Below are positions 1-9,406 of a DNA stretch of 32,000 nucleotides, in pieces; within the stretch, counting starts at the first letter, position 1; the number at the start of each line of letters is the position of its first letter. Source of the stretch: an archaeon (GTDB lineage: Archaea > Iainarchaeota > Iainarchaeia > Iainarchaeales > CSSED10-239); the NCBI GenBank assembly GCA_041657425.1, contig JBBABY010000005.1, forward strand, positions 60,001 to 92,000, written 5' to 3'. The notes under the pieces were generated by a model that was not told the origin of the DNA, made no database searches, and saw nothing but the letters and a program-made list of their open reading frames with translations. A program made the position numbers and the translations under genes.

Positions 1-2
1 TT

Positions 3-371
3 TATCCGTATTGTACATCACTAACAAGAGCAGTAACTGATAATCCAGATATGGGTAAGATTATAGAGACTGATGTTTGTTTTCAATTAGATGCAAAATA
101 CTTTTTAAATAACAAAGGTAAAGAAGAAATAGATTTTCTACTTATAGACCCGATAACTTCTAAAAAGATAGGGGTAGAAGTAAAATATAGAAATTTAATA
201 ACAAATAAAGACGTAAGTGCATTTAGATCAGCGATAGTTAAAAAGTTAAATTTGGATAAAAGAATAATAATTGTAAAAGCAGAATCAAAATTAGATTTTA
301 ATACAAAAGAAATAGTTCCTGTCATGTATTTTACAATCTTTAAACACCAATCAGAATTCAAATTTAAATAA
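3..371 (+). CDS. C-terminal fragment of a COG1373-type ATPase (DUF4143, restriction-endonuclease-like domain), truncated by the window edge
   Basis: The frame is open from nt 3 through the listed ATG at 51 with no stop, so the ORF continues upstream of the window. EEIDFLLID...IGVEVKY resembles the E-x-D-F ... E-V-K core of DUF4143. Confidence 0.5.
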   Translation, partial: YPYCTSLTRAVTDNPDMGKIIETDVCFQLDAKYFLNNKGKEEIDFLLIDPITSKKIGVEVKYRNLITNKDVSAFRSAIVKKLNLDKRIIIVKAESKLDFNTKEIVPVMYFTIFKHQSEFKFK

Positions 372-555
372 ATAATTCTGGGAAAATATGAACTCGCAAA
401 AAAAGAAAAAAACAAAGAAGTTCTTTGCAGAATTAAATAAAAGAAGCATAGAAGCAAAAGATAAATCTAATTTTATTTCTTTAAGGTATTTATAAACACA
501 GTAAAGGCACTCTAATTCTTCCAAACACTTGGAAAAAACCATATATTTATAAATT

Positions 556-569
556 CCCCCCCCCCCCCC
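556..569. repeat. Homopolymeric C14 tract in the promoter/5' region of the surface-protein gene at 625
   Basis: Direct count gives 5 C (556-560) plus 9 C (561-569). It is flanked by TATA-like tttataaatt (546-555) upstream and the GGAGG RBS (612-616) downstream. Confidence 0.95.
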
Positions 570-624
570 ATAGATAATATAGTATTAAAAAATTAATTAA
601 AACAAAATTACGGAGGAAATTAAA

Positions 625-1461
625 ATGGCAAAAGAAAATAATAAAAAGCTAATCATTTGGGCGTTAGTCGCTTTAGTGGTTGGTGTAGTAATAGGTCTAC
701 TATTAACAAGTATAGTAACAACAGGAAATGCAGCAACCGCATTAGGTGAAAAATCAGCAACACTTGATACGAAAACCACAGAAGATAATGTAGTTGAATC
801 AAGAACAAACTTAGTATTAAACTTATTAAAAGTAAATAGAATTGAAAATAGAGACGAAGATTTATTAATTCATGCAAATAGTGGAACTGAACGTCTTATG
901 TTATGGGGAGACACAATGACAAATATTTGGGCTCCAAGCATAGATATTTCTGGATCTACAGCGGTCGCAATTTCTACACCTGTAAATTTTATAGGATTAG
1001 GAACAGATGGTATAAATATTTTTGCTCATAATTTTATGATTGCTAATTCAGAACAAACTCAAACAAATCCAATAATTTCACTTGATTTAGAAAATTCTGA
1101 ATTAGTCATAAATGCATCCACTACAAAATTTATAAATGTCGTATCTGTAAGTCCAATCATTTCAGAATATAGTGTAGGAGACACATTTACTATAGAAAAT
1201 AATACTATAGAAGTTGCTGCCATTTGGGATGCAAATGGAGTAGTTGAAATGCATTTGTTCGATGCAAATATGATAAATCCAATTGTTGAATTTTACGGAG
1301 AAGGAGATATAATCTTTAATCAATATTTAACTGCAAGTTTAAAAGTAGAAAATATTTCTCAAAATGTAGTAGGCATTGTGGTTTTACCAACAGGCAACTC
1401 ATATTATGCATGTATAGGATCTGATGGAACTTTGTTTAAAAGTAATTATCCATGTAACTAA
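625..1461 (+). CDS. Membrane-anchored or secreted surface protein, paralog 1 of the MAKENNKKLIIWALVAL family
   Basis: GGAGG lies 8 nt upstream of the ATG. It has an N-terminal basic stretch plus one hydrophobic helix. The first 38 nt of the CDS are identical to the gene at 13045. The C-terminal part contains two Cys. Confidence 0.8.
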   Translation: MAKENNKKLIIWALVALVVGVVIGLLLTSIVTTGNAATALGEKSATLDTKTTEDNVVESRTNLVLNLLKVNRIENRDEDLLIHANSGTERLMLWGDTMTNIWAPSIDISGSTAVAISTPVNFIGLGTDGINIFAHNFMIANSEQTQTNPIISLDLENSELVINASTTKFINVVSVSPIISEYSVGDTFTIENNTIEVAAIWDANGVVEMHLFDANMINPIVEFYGEGDIIFNQYLTASLKVENISQNVVGIVVLPTGNSYYACIGSDGTLFKSNYPCN

Positions 1462-1484
1462 ATAGAAATAAAAAATAAAATCAT

Positions 1485-1904
1485 TTATTTAAGATAGATG
1501 ATTTTATTTCCATCTTTTATTTTTCTCCTTTTTGAATACTTGATTAAATAGTGTATCTTGCTTTTTGGAATGCCTAGTTTCTTTTCAAGGTCTCTGTAAC
1601 TGTAGTCTTTGTATGTTTGTAAGATTTTTTGTAGTTTTTCTATCTTAATGTCAATTGGTCTTCCTTGTTCTTTTCTTATTGCAATTGTAATTTCTTTCTT
1701 TTTTATAAATTCCTTAATTGCTTTACTCAGTCTTTCATTAGTTGAATTAGAGATAGTTATCATCTTTAGTCTTTTACATCGGCTGAGTATTTTGTTAAGA
1801 ACTGCTTTAGAGAAAGCCCTAGTGATATGTAGCTCTTCGCAGTTAGTATTAACTTGTCCTGCTTTTGTAAAGTCTGAAAGTGTATCTTTTACAGTGTAGT
1901 TCAT
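1485..1904 (-). CDS. Hypothetical protein with a C-terminal helix-turn-helix-like segment
   Basis: 139-aa ORF. YSYRDLEKKLGIPKSKIHYLIK looks like a resolvase/Hin-type HTH. I recognise no catalytic domain. Confidence 0.5.
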   Translation of the reverse strand: MNYTVKDTLSDFTKAGQVNTNCEELHITRAFSKAVLNKILSRCKRLKMITISNSTNERLSKAIKEFIKKKEITIAIRKEQGRPIDIKIEKLQKILQTYKDYSYRDLEKKLGIPKSKIHYLIKYSKRRKIKDGNKIIYLK

Positions 1905-1964
1905 ATTTGTCCAAGATTTAATAATTCAATATTTATATCTGGTAGATTAGATTTATAAATAAAT

Positions 1965-3674
1965 CTATGTGTTTAGAAATTCAAAGGTACTGGTTGTTCC
2001 TTTTTTAAATTTGTGATTTTTTAAGAAATCTATGTGGTCAAATCTTTCTCTTGTAATTTTTTCTTTATCTGTGTCTTGTAGTTGTATAAAATTATTAATA
2101 TCATAAGAACACAAAAATTCAGGCATAATCACATAGTCTGCTCCAGCATGATATAATTCTAAAGCCACATCTATGTGATCATTAACTACAATAAATAAGA
2201 TATTTTTGTTTTTAGATTTAATCTTAGATATTAAAAAGTGATTAATGGAATAAGAATTAATTGTTGATATAATTACTTTTATTTTAGAGAGATTTAGTTC
2301 TTCTGTTAATTCAACATTTCCTGCATCTCCATAAATATGATTAATTCTATTTTTTGTAAGTATTTTATCGATTTCGGGATTATGGTCAATTACCAAAAAT
2401 TTTTTATTTTTCGTTTTAAGATATTCTCCAACACCCATTCCTACTTTATTATATCCAAAGATGATATAATTATAATCTTCTATAATTTGCACTTCGTCTC
2501 TTGCATTTTTCTTTTCAAAGATATTTAGATATTTTCCGATTTTATCAAATATCCAATCAGAATATATTATCATGTAAGAAGAGCAAGTAATTGTTATTAG
2601 CCCTACAAAGGTAACAAATGAAAGAACCTCTGTTGTTAAATGTCCCGCAGTAATTCCTAAAGCGATAAGGATTAAAGAAAATTCAGAAATTTGAGCAACA
2701 GTAAGTCCTGCCATAAATCCTACTTTTTTTTTGTAACCCGATAGTCCCATAATAATCATAACAATTAAAGGATTACCTATTAAAATAAATAATGACAAAA
2801 TTATTATTGGAATAATGTGTGCGGAAAAACTTCCAAAAGTCATTTGTAATCCTAATAATACAAAAAATAAAATCAAAAAGAAATCTCTTAGTGGTTTAAG
2901 CTTAAGGTTTATCTCAAATCTGTACGTTGAAAAAGACAAGAAAAATCCTGCAAGAAGCGCCCCGATTTCAATAGAGAAACCAAAGTAAAAAAACAATGCT
3001 GCAAGTATTAAACACCAACCAATTGAAAATAATAATAAAAATTCTTGCGATTTTGCTACAAATTTAAGAAATTTAGGCAACAAATATATTGAAAATAATA
3101 ACAATCCAATTACTAATCCAATGCCAATAAATATATTAGTTAACATTGATGATTTGTTTTGTCCACTAAGAGAAGAAATAACAATTAAAACAACTATTGC
3201 AACAAGATCTTGAACAACTAAAAAACCAATAGATATTTTTCCATAAAGAGAATTGACTGCCCCCTTATCTGTAAGCAACTTCATTATAATAATGGTACTA
3301 CTAAATGCAAGAGCTAAAGACACATAAAGAGAAGTAACCCAATTAAATCCTATAAGTAAACAAATAAGATATCCTATACCAGTAGTAAAAACAATTTGAC
3401 CAATACCTGTAAATAAGGAAACCTTGCCCACTTCTTTTAAGACTTTAGGATTAAGATTTATCCCTACCATAAATAACAATAAAGAAACGCCTATATGTGA
3501 AAATACCGTAATTGACGAGGTGTCTTTAATAATATTTAGAACATATGGACTAACTACAATTCCTGTAAGTATATATCCAATAATTAGTGGTTGCTTTAAT
3601 AATCTAATAATTGTAGTTATGATAATAGCTATGAATATAATAATACAGATTTCAATAAAAAAATTATTAATCAT
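1965..3674 (-). CDS. Cation:proton antiporter (CPA2/Kef-type) with a C-terminal RCK/TrkA-N domain
   Basis: About 12 hydrophobic helices are followed by a Rossmann-like IIFGYNKVGMGVGEYL segment, the typical Na_H_exchanger plus TrkA_N architecture. Confidence 0.8.
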   Translation of the reverse strand: MINNFFIEICIIIFIAIIITTIIRLLKQPLIIGYILTGIVVSPYVLNIIKDTSSITVFSHIGVSLLLFMVGINLNPKVLKEVGKVSLFTGIGQIVFTTGIGYLICLLIGFNWVTSLYVSLALAFSSTIIIMKLLTDKGAVNSLYGKISIGFLVVQDLVAIVVLIVISSLSGQNKSSMLTNIFIGIGLVIGLLLFSIYLLPKFLKFVAKSQEFLLLFSIGWCLILAALFFYFGFSIEIGALLAGFFLSFSTYRFEINLKLKPLRDFFLILFFVLLGLQMTFGSFSAHIIPIIILSLFILIGNPLIVMIIMGLSGYKKKVGFMAGLTVAQISEFSLILIALGITAGHLTTEVLSFVTFVGLITITCSSYMIIYSDWIFDKIGKYLNIFEKKNARDEVQIIEDYNYIIFGYNKVGMGVGEYLKTKNKKFLVIDHNPEIDKILTKNRINHIYGDAGNVELTEELNLSKIKVIISTINSYSINHFLISKIKSKNKNILFIVVNDHIDVALELYHAGADYVIMPEFLCSYDINNFIQLQDTDKEKITRERFDHIDFLKNHKFKKGTTSTFEFLNT

Positions 3675-3759
3675 ATAATATTTAAGAAATATATATTTAT
3701 AAATACAACTCTAGTACATAATAACTAAGGACAATATAAAAATTAAAATACGAAAAAAA

Positions 3760-5448
3760 ATGACACATTTACTATTATTGAATATTGCAATTATCATAAT
3801 TTGTGCAACAGTAATGACATTTATTTTTACTAAACTTAAACAACCATCTGTTCTCGCATTTATAGTAACTGGTATTTTAATAGGTCCGTTAGTTCTTGGT
3901 TGGGTTAATAATTCTGAAGAAATAATGTTAATTTCTGAAATTGGAATTGCCTTTCTTTTATTTAGTGTAGGAATTGGAACGGATTTAAAAGAATTAAAAA
4001 GTTTAAAATTATCGATTATTCTTTTGCCATTAATAAATATAGTTCTTATGTTTATATTTTTATTTGTATTTAGTAAAGTTATTAATCTCACATTAATTCA
4101 ATCATTATATTTTTCTGTCATATTGTCATTCAGTTCCACAATGTTAGTTGCTAAGATTTATTTAGATAATTTTATGATTGATTCTTTGCATGGGCGGATT
4201 GCGATCGGAATACTTCTTGTTGAAGATCTTATAGCCATTCTTGCAATTCCAATTTTAAAAAATTTCAGCGAATTTACATTTTTGATGTTTTTAATAATTC
4301 TTGCAAAGACTGCGGTATTTGTTCTTTTTGCTCTTTTTTTAAATAAAATTGTGTATCCTTATATTATAAAACAAGCATACAAATCTGAGCAAAGTTTCTT
4401 CTTATTATCAATTGCAAGTTGTTTTATATTTATTATGTTATCTTATCTTCTTGATTTTCCAATGGCCGTTGGTGCATTTTTTGGGGGGGTTGCAATTTCT
4501 ATTTATCCGTATAGTTACGAAATCTCTAATAAAATCTCAAGTATAAGAGATCTTTTAGCAACTATTGTTTTTGTATCTTTAGGTATGCAGTTATCTTTAA
4601 ATATTTCTAACGATATTTTCTTTATAATAGTAATATTTATACTTGCATTTATAATAAAACCAATAATTCATTTCTTTATGATTTTATTTGCAGGATATGG
4701 TACAAAAATTTCTTTAAGAGTATCTGGAGATTTAAACCAGATTTCTGAATTTTCGTTAATAATAGCAATGCAAGGAATCGCTTTGGGGCAAATTACAAGT
4801 TCACAATATGCAATAGTGATTATAATTACTTCTCTATCAATGTTAACAACACCTTATGTAATGCTTAATAGTGAAAAGATATATACTTTCTTTAAACCAA
4901 TAATGGATAGATTTAAGGAAGAATTTTGGCACAGGCAAATAAATTCATTGTCTACCATTTCAAAAGATATTAAAGATCACATAGTAGTAATTGGTTCAGA
5001 TGTAATGACTGAAGGTTTCATAAAAGTAGTTTCAAGAGATGTAGATCAACCAATTATCTTAGTGGATTATAATCCAGAAAAGTTATTAGCTTTTCAAAAC
5101 AAAAGAATAAAATATGTTTGTGGAGACATCAACTATAAAGAAGTAATGAATGCAGTAAATTTAAAAGAAGCAAAACTTGCAATATTGACTGCTCCAAAGT
5201 TTGATACAACAATAAGATTTCTAAAAACTGCAAAAACAATTAACCCTCGGCTTCCAATTTATGTTAGAGCAAAAACTAAAAAAGAAGCATTACAATTATA
5301 TGAGCTTGGTGCAGATTTAGTGATCTTACCACATGTTTTAGAATCAAATTATCTTCTTCAAAAAGTTTATTCTTTTGTTAAAGATGGTCCCGAAAGAAAC
5401 AAGGCTCTAAGATCTGAATATTTAAGTTATTTAAAAAAAGAAAATTAG
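3760..5448 (+). CDS. Cation:proton antiporter (CPA2/Kef-type) with a C-terminal RCK/TrkA-N domain, paralog of 1965..3674
   Basis: Same architecture as its divergent neighbour. The N-terminal helices are alignable (LKQPSVLAFIVTGILIGP vs LKQPLIIGYILTGIVVSP), and a C-terminal Rossmann-like VVIGSDVMTEG segment is present. Confidence 0.8.
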   Translation: MTHLLLLNIAIIIICATVMTFIFTKLKQPSVLAFIVTGILIGPLVLGWVNNSEEIMLISEIGIAFLLFSVGIGTDLKELKSLKLSIILLPLINIVLMFIFLFVFSKVINLTLIQSLYFSVILSFSSTMLVAKIYLDNFMIDSLHGRIAIGILLVEDLIAILAIPILKNFSEFTFLMFLIILAKTAVFVLFALFLNKIVYPYIIKQAYKSEQSFFLLSIASCFIFIMLSYLLDFPMAVGAFFGGVAISIYPYSYEISNKISSIRDLLATIVFVSLGMQLSLNISNDIFFIIVIFILAFIIKPIIHFFMILFAGYGTKISLRVSGDLNQISEFSLIIAMQGIALGQITSSQYAIVIIITSLSMLTTPYVMLNSEKIYTFFKPIMDRFKEEFWHRQINSLSTISKDIKDHIVVIGSDVMTEGFIKVVSRDVDQPIILVDYNPEKLLAFQNKRIKYVCGDINYKEVMNAVNLKEAKLAILTAPKFDTTIRFLKTAKTINPRLPIYVRAKTKKEALQLYELGADLVILPHVLESNYLLQKVYSFVKDGPERNKALRSEYLSYLKKEN

Positions 5449-6503
5449 ATATTTTTAAATTGTTTAACTAATTCTTCAATCTTCTCATCTACTCTCTTTA
5501 AAAATAATTTTGAATCTTGGTATTTATGATTTTTAAGTTTTTGTTTATATTTTGGGATATTTATTAAAAATTGTTTAAGACTTTTCTCATCAATTTTTGT
5601 GTGTGATTCTCCATATCCTAAAATATCAAGATAGTGTGCATTTGTTAATTGTTCAAATTGATGTTTCATAGGAATGGAGTAGATTGGTTTTTTGAAATAT
5701 AACGCTTCAGTAATTAATGTGTGCCCGCCATTAGTAATTATAGCTTTACATTCAGAAATATATTTAAACAGATTTGGTTCATTTTTTTTAAATGTAATAT
5801 TTCCATCAATTTTATCTTGATTATATCCAAATACAATGAATTTTTCAGTTTTAATTTTCTTAAGAACCGGGGTCACATTTGTTTTCTCCATAAATCTGTT
5901 ATACACAAGAATATACCCTTTGTCTTTAGATTTAAACTTTTTAATTTCGTCCATAAAAATAGGATCAAAGACTTCTGTATTCTTCTTAACAATGTTTGTT
6001 CTATAGAAACATAATCCAAAATAATAATTTGCAAAAGGATAAACTAATTTTGAAACTGCTTTTGCTTGAAAGAAATCTCCACTGTCCTTTGCTTTAAATT
6101 CAACATCTCCTCTAAAGATAGTTGCATGATTATCAATTTCAATAGTTGGGATCTCAAGCATCTTTCCTGCCCAAAGAGTATATCTCTCAAGATCTGAAAT
6201 AATTATATCTGGTTTATAATTATAAATGATTTTAGTTGTTTGTGTTAAGTTCTTTGCATTCTTTGCATTAAACCACCCAAAAAAACTTTTAGCAAGCTTT
6301 ACTCCTTCTTTACTATAAACAAAAACTGGTTGTTTAACAACATCAATTTTAATGTTAGGATATTTTTTTTCTAAGAAGTTAGCAACACTTTCATCTGTAA
6401 TAATTTGAATTTTGTGTCCTTTCTTAAGCAAGTGATCAATGATTGGAATACTTCTAGTGACATGTCCAAACCCATCTGAATTAAGTGCATATATAATCTT
6501 CAT
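5445..6503 (-). CDS. Glycosyltransferase (GT-B fold, MJ1255/GT28-like family)
   Basis: The N-terminal YALNSDGFGHVTRSIPIIDHL motif and the C-terminal ITNGGHTLITEAL motif are typical of MurG/MGT-like GT-B enzymes. Confidence 0.65.
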   Translation of the reverse strand: MKIIYALNSDGFGHVTRSIPIIDHLLKKGHKIQIITDESVANFLEKKYPNIKIDVVKQPVFVYSKEGVKLAKSFFGWFNAKNAKNLTQTTKIIYNYKPDIIISDLERYTLWAGKMLEIPTIEIDNHATIFRGDVEFKAKDSGDFFQAKAVSKLVYPFANYYFGLCFYRTNIVKKNTEVFDPIFMDEIKKFKSKDKGYILVYNRFMEKTNVTPVLKKIKTEKFIVFGYNQDKIDGNITFKKNEPNLFKYISECKAIITNGGHTLITEALYFKKPIYSIPMKHQFEQLTNAHYLDILGYGESHTKIDEKSLKQFLINIPKYKQKLKNHKYQDSKLFLKRVDEKIEELVKQFKNI

Positions 6504-6573
6504 AATAATATTATAAAATAAAGCAATTTTTAAATGTTTTTAAATACTCATTTTTATTAAAAGGAGCAAACAA

Positions 6574-7155
6574 ATGATAATCTTAATATGTGGTTTTTCT
6601 GCATCAGGTAAAAGCTATCTAGTTAATTCTGTGGCAGATAAACTAAACTATAAGCACGTTCATACTTCAGATATTCTTAATCAAATTGCGTGCGGGGTTT
6701 CTGAAAAGAAAGTAAATTGTAATAATACAAAAATGAACACCGGTTGGTACGAGTTTTCAGGACTTGATGAAAAGCGAAAGAAAACAAATAATATAGATAA
6801 GAAATTGGATAAATATCTTCTAAACTTAGTAAAAACAAAAAACAATATTGTTCTTGATTCTTGGACACTACCATATTTAGTAAAAGATAATAAAAAAGTA
6901 ATTAAGATTTGGTTAGATGCAACAGAAAAAATAAGATCACAAAGGCTTGCATTAAGAGACAAGATAACATACACAGAAGCACATAAGCTACTAAAAAGCA
7001 AAGATTCTTTTTCTAAGGAACATTTCCAAGAACTCTATGGTTTTACGTTAGGGAAAGACAAACAAGTTTTTGATTTAGTAATTAATACAAATACTTTAAG
7101 TATAAAACAAGTAGAACAGAAAACTCTTGATTTTTTAAAAAAGAAAATTAAGTAG
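6574..7155 (+). CDS. cmk: P-loop nucleotide kinase, probably archaeal-type cytidylate kinase
   Basis: P-loop GFSASGKS. The C-terminal IWLDATEKIRSQRLALRD...FDLVINTNTLS matches the pattern of archaeal Cmk (IwL.A...vRa.Ria.R ... DLviNT). Confidence 0.55.
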   Translation: MIILICGFSASGKSYLVNSVADKLNYKHVHTSDILNQIACGVSEKKVNCNNTKMNTGWYEFSGLDEKRKKTNNIDKKLDKYLLNLVKTKNNIVLDSWTLPYLVKDNKKVIKIWLDATEKIRSQRLALRDKITYTEAHKLLKSKDSFSKEHFQELYGFTLGKDKQVFDLVINTNTLSIKQVEQKTLDFLKKKIK

Positions 7156-7986
7156 TTATTTTTCTATTTTTTTTCTTAGTCTTTCAATAACAGAATAATC
7201 TACATTATATTTTCCAAGTTCATTTTCTGGAAAAAAAGTGCTTCCGTGAAAATCAGAGCCACCACTTTCAATTAAGCATAATTTTTTTGCAATTTCTTTT
7301 GATTCCACGATAAACGCATCATATTCACTTCCATGTGGTCCAGTAGTTTCAATTCCTGAAAGTCCATAAGAAATAAGTTTAGATGAATAATATTCAAAGT
7401 CATTTCTAAGAGATAACGGGAGATACCAAGGGTGAGGAAGCACAGCAACTCCTCCTGCATTTTTTATTTCAGCAATTACTTTTTTAGCACTATATCTTTT
7501 TGGTTTATAGTCAATACTTATCTTCTTAATAATTCCAACAAATGCTTCTTGTAAGTTTTGAACATAGCCGTTCTTTCTAAGTTCCAAAGCCAGGTGTGTA
7601 GCCATAACTTTTTGTGTTGGTCCTGCAAACTTAAAGATTGATTCCATTTCAACATTGTAGCCATTATCTTGTAACCAATAAATCTTTTGAGTAACGACGT
7701 CACTAATGGATTTTGAGTTTTCTTCTAAAATCTTAAGTAATGGTTCATAATTAGGATCAAAGAAATAACCAAGAATTTCTGTAGACTCACAATTAATTTC
7801 AACACCTGTAATTAATTCGATTTTTTCTTTTTTTGCAAATTTAGAAGCATCAGCCAAAGCATCAACGCCATTATGATCAGTAATTGCTAAAGCTTTAAGT
7901 TTCTTAGAAGAAGCAATTTTTATTAAATATTCAGGAGAATGAAAACCATCTGAATAGTAAGTGTGAGTGTGTAAATCACAGTTCAT
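7156..7986 (-). CDS. PHP-domain metal-dependent phosphoesterase
   Basis: The N-terminal DLHTHTYYSDG and ITDHN motifs and the C-terminal GGSDFHG are classic PHP (COG0613) signatures. Confidence 0.85.
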   Translation of the reverse strand: MNCDLHTHTYYSDGFHSPEYLIKIASSKKLKALAITDHNGVDALADASKFAKKEKIELITGVEINCESTEILGYFFDPNYEPLLKILEENSKSISDVVTQKIYWLQDNGYNVEMESIFKFAGPTQKVMATHLALELRKNGYVQNLQEAFVGIIKKISIDYKPKRYSAKKVIAEIKNAGGVAVLPHPWYLPLSLRNDFEYYSSKLISYGLSGIETTGPHGSEYDAFIVESKEIAKKLCLIESGGSDFHGSTFFPENELGKYNVDYSVIERLRKKIEK

Positions 7987-8002
7987 TTGTTTTCTTCCCG
8001 CT

Positions 8003-8212
8003 TTATTGCATAGTCTTGGTTGCTAGTTTTATATCTTCGCCAGTAACTGTTTTTCTTTTTGCGTGCTTTGCAAGTTCAATTGCTTGTTTTGAGATGTCCA
8101 TAGCTACTTCAGAAAGAATCTTACTTAGTTCTTCTGCTGCGTCTTCTGACACTCTTTCTGCTCCTGCCTTTCTAATAAGTCTATCGATTGCTGCAACTGG
8201 TAAATCAGTCAT
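8003..8212 (-). CDS. Archaeal histone (HMfA/B family)
   Basis: 69 aa. [22 protein letters not shown]...[17 protein letters not shown] is the canonical archaeal histone-fold sequence. Confidence 0.9.
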   Translation of the reverse strand: MTDLPVAAIDRLIRKAGAERVSEDAAEELSKILSEVAMDISKQAIELAKHAKRKTVTGEDIKLATKTMQ

Positions 8213-8313
8213 AAAATAACCCCCATATTTAATTTAAATAAATTATAACGCTTTTCGTTTATAAGATGGTACTTCAAAAGCTTTTTAAATAAAACCTCTA
8301 AAAGATATATACT

Positions 8314-9207
8314 ATGACGCTATTAGATTCCATTCTTTTGCAGATTAATCAAAAGAAAACAAGCTTTAATGAGCTATTAACAAGAATCATACCTAATTAT
8401 TCAAGTACAGAATCAGCAAGAGCTGCTCTTTTTCGTGTTATTAAAAACCTGGTGTCGTTTGGTTATATTCAAAAAACTGAAGATTTTTACGAGATAACTG
8501 AGAAAGGAAAAAAGATGGTGGAGTCAAAGCTTCAAGATAAGATGCTAAATAATATAAATAGCATAAATGATCTTCTTCAAAAATCTCAACCTGCAAAATC
8601 TCTACAATATCTTGATGACATGGTTAGAAATTTACAAATATTTTTAGAAAGATCAAAAGAAGACCAAACTCTTTTAAAGATAGGTAAAACAAGTGTTACT
8701 TTTTATGTTTCAGATTTAGAAGATATAAAAACAAATGTCGCAAGTAGATTAACAAAATTTGAACAATCTTTTGATAGGCAGATACAGTCTTTAAAGGATT
8801 TAAATTTTGAAGATCAGTTTGTTATTAATCTTGACAATAACGCTTTTGAGTTGATTAAAGAATTATCCACTAGTAACAACGTTTCAGAACTAATAATTGA
8901 TTGTGATAAGACAGATATCAATTCAGGGATGCTTTTTGAAACACATGCAGAGTTTGCAAAAAAGCCAGATAATGTTTTTATTCTTAAGCAAGCAGACATA
9001 GATGTTTTAAAGAAATTATTATTATCAAGACTTGACATAATAATGCAGACTAGATTTAAGACCTACATTAAAGAAATTGTAATTTATTTAAAGGTTGGAA
9101 AGCTTTACTTCACAGGCCCTTACAATCAGATAGTTACAATTAAAGAAAGCTATTCTAAACTAACAGAACCAGAAAAGAAAGAAGTTAAAGAAAAAATAAT
9201 ATCTTAA
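8314..9207 (+). CDS. Hypothetical protein with an N-terminal winged-helix-like domain
   Basis: 297-aa ORF. SFNELLTRI...ALFRVIKNLVSFGYIQKTEDFYEITEKG resembles a wHTH. The rest is unrecognised. Confidence 0.5.
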   Translation: MTLLDSILLQINQKKTSFNELLTRIIPNYSSTESARAALFRVIKNLVSFGYIQKTEDFYEITEKGKKMVESKLQDKMLNNINSINDLLQKSQPAKSLQYLDDMVRNLQIFLERSKEDQTLLKIGKTSVTFYVSDLEDIKTNVASRLTKFEQSFDRQIQSLKDLNFEDQFVINLDNNAFELIKELSTSNNVSELIIDCDKTDINSGMLFETHAEFAKKPDNVFILKQADIDVLKKLLLSRLDIIMQTRFKTYIKEIVIYLKVGKLYFTGPYNQIVTIKESYSKLTEPEKKEVKEKIIS

Positions 9208-9208
9208 A

Positions 9209-9279
9209 GCAACTATAGTCTAGTGGTAGGATGCAAGCTTCCCAAGCTTGCGACTCGGGTTCGAATCCCGGTAGTTGCA
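9209..9279 (+). tRNA. tRNA-Gly (anticodon CCC)
   Basis: Hand-folded cloverleaf. Acceptor stem is GCAACTA/TAGTTGC. The anticodon stem CAAGC/GCTTG carries loop TTCCCAA. The T-arm is TCGGG-TTCGAAT-CCCGG. Discriminator is A and no CCA is encoded. Confidence 0.9.
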
Positions 9280-9284
9280 CTGCC

Positions 9285-9310
9285 TTTTCTTTTCTTGTAA
9301 GAAAAGAAAA
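9285..9310 (+). terminator. Perfect 26-nt palindrome/hairpin immediately after tRNA-Gly
   Basis: ttttcttttctt-gt-aagaaaagaaaa has exactly complementary arms. The T-rich 5' arm would also act as an archaeal oligo-T terminator. Confidence 0.35.
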
Positions 9311-9406
9311 TGTAAGCTGCCAAAAGAAAAGAACTATAAGGTGCCAAAAACGGCAGGTGTCGAAAGAAAACACGAACGATTAAAAAAATAATTAAACGGC
9401 AAAATT

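Noticed and set aside
388-495. 35-codon ORF encoding a very basic peptide (MNSQKKKKTKKFFAELNKRSIEAKDK...) upstream of the poly-C tract
   Set aside because: It is too short and too low-complexity (A-rich DNA) to support. It has no RBS and cannot be told apart from chance.
83-877. Antisense and overlapping ORFs (83-457, 351-542, 597-779, 653-877). The same applies to similar ones elsewhere, including 1609-1899, 2337-2528, 3424-3678, 3711-4091, 5721-6014, 6677-7001, 7272-7703, 8016-8219, 8814-9038, 9185-9373, 11271-11534, 14658-14891, 15999-16256, 17034-17312, 20461-20859, 21181-21393, 21798-22055, 23694-24002, 24276-24754, 26136-26414, 27298-27552, 27862-28347, 29049-29294, 29956-30340 and 30616-30861.
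   Set aside because: Each lies antisense to or overlaps a much better-supported CDS or tRNA. Their composition is low-complexity (L/F/I/S-rich), typical of the shadow frames of AT-rich genes. None has an RBS or recognisable motifs.
4484-4490. G7 run inside the second antiporter CDS (FFGGV) as a possible frameshift-prone site
   Set aside because: The reading frame is intact and the run encodes a plausible Gly-Gly in a TM segment. There is no evidence of a pseudogene or a programmed shift.
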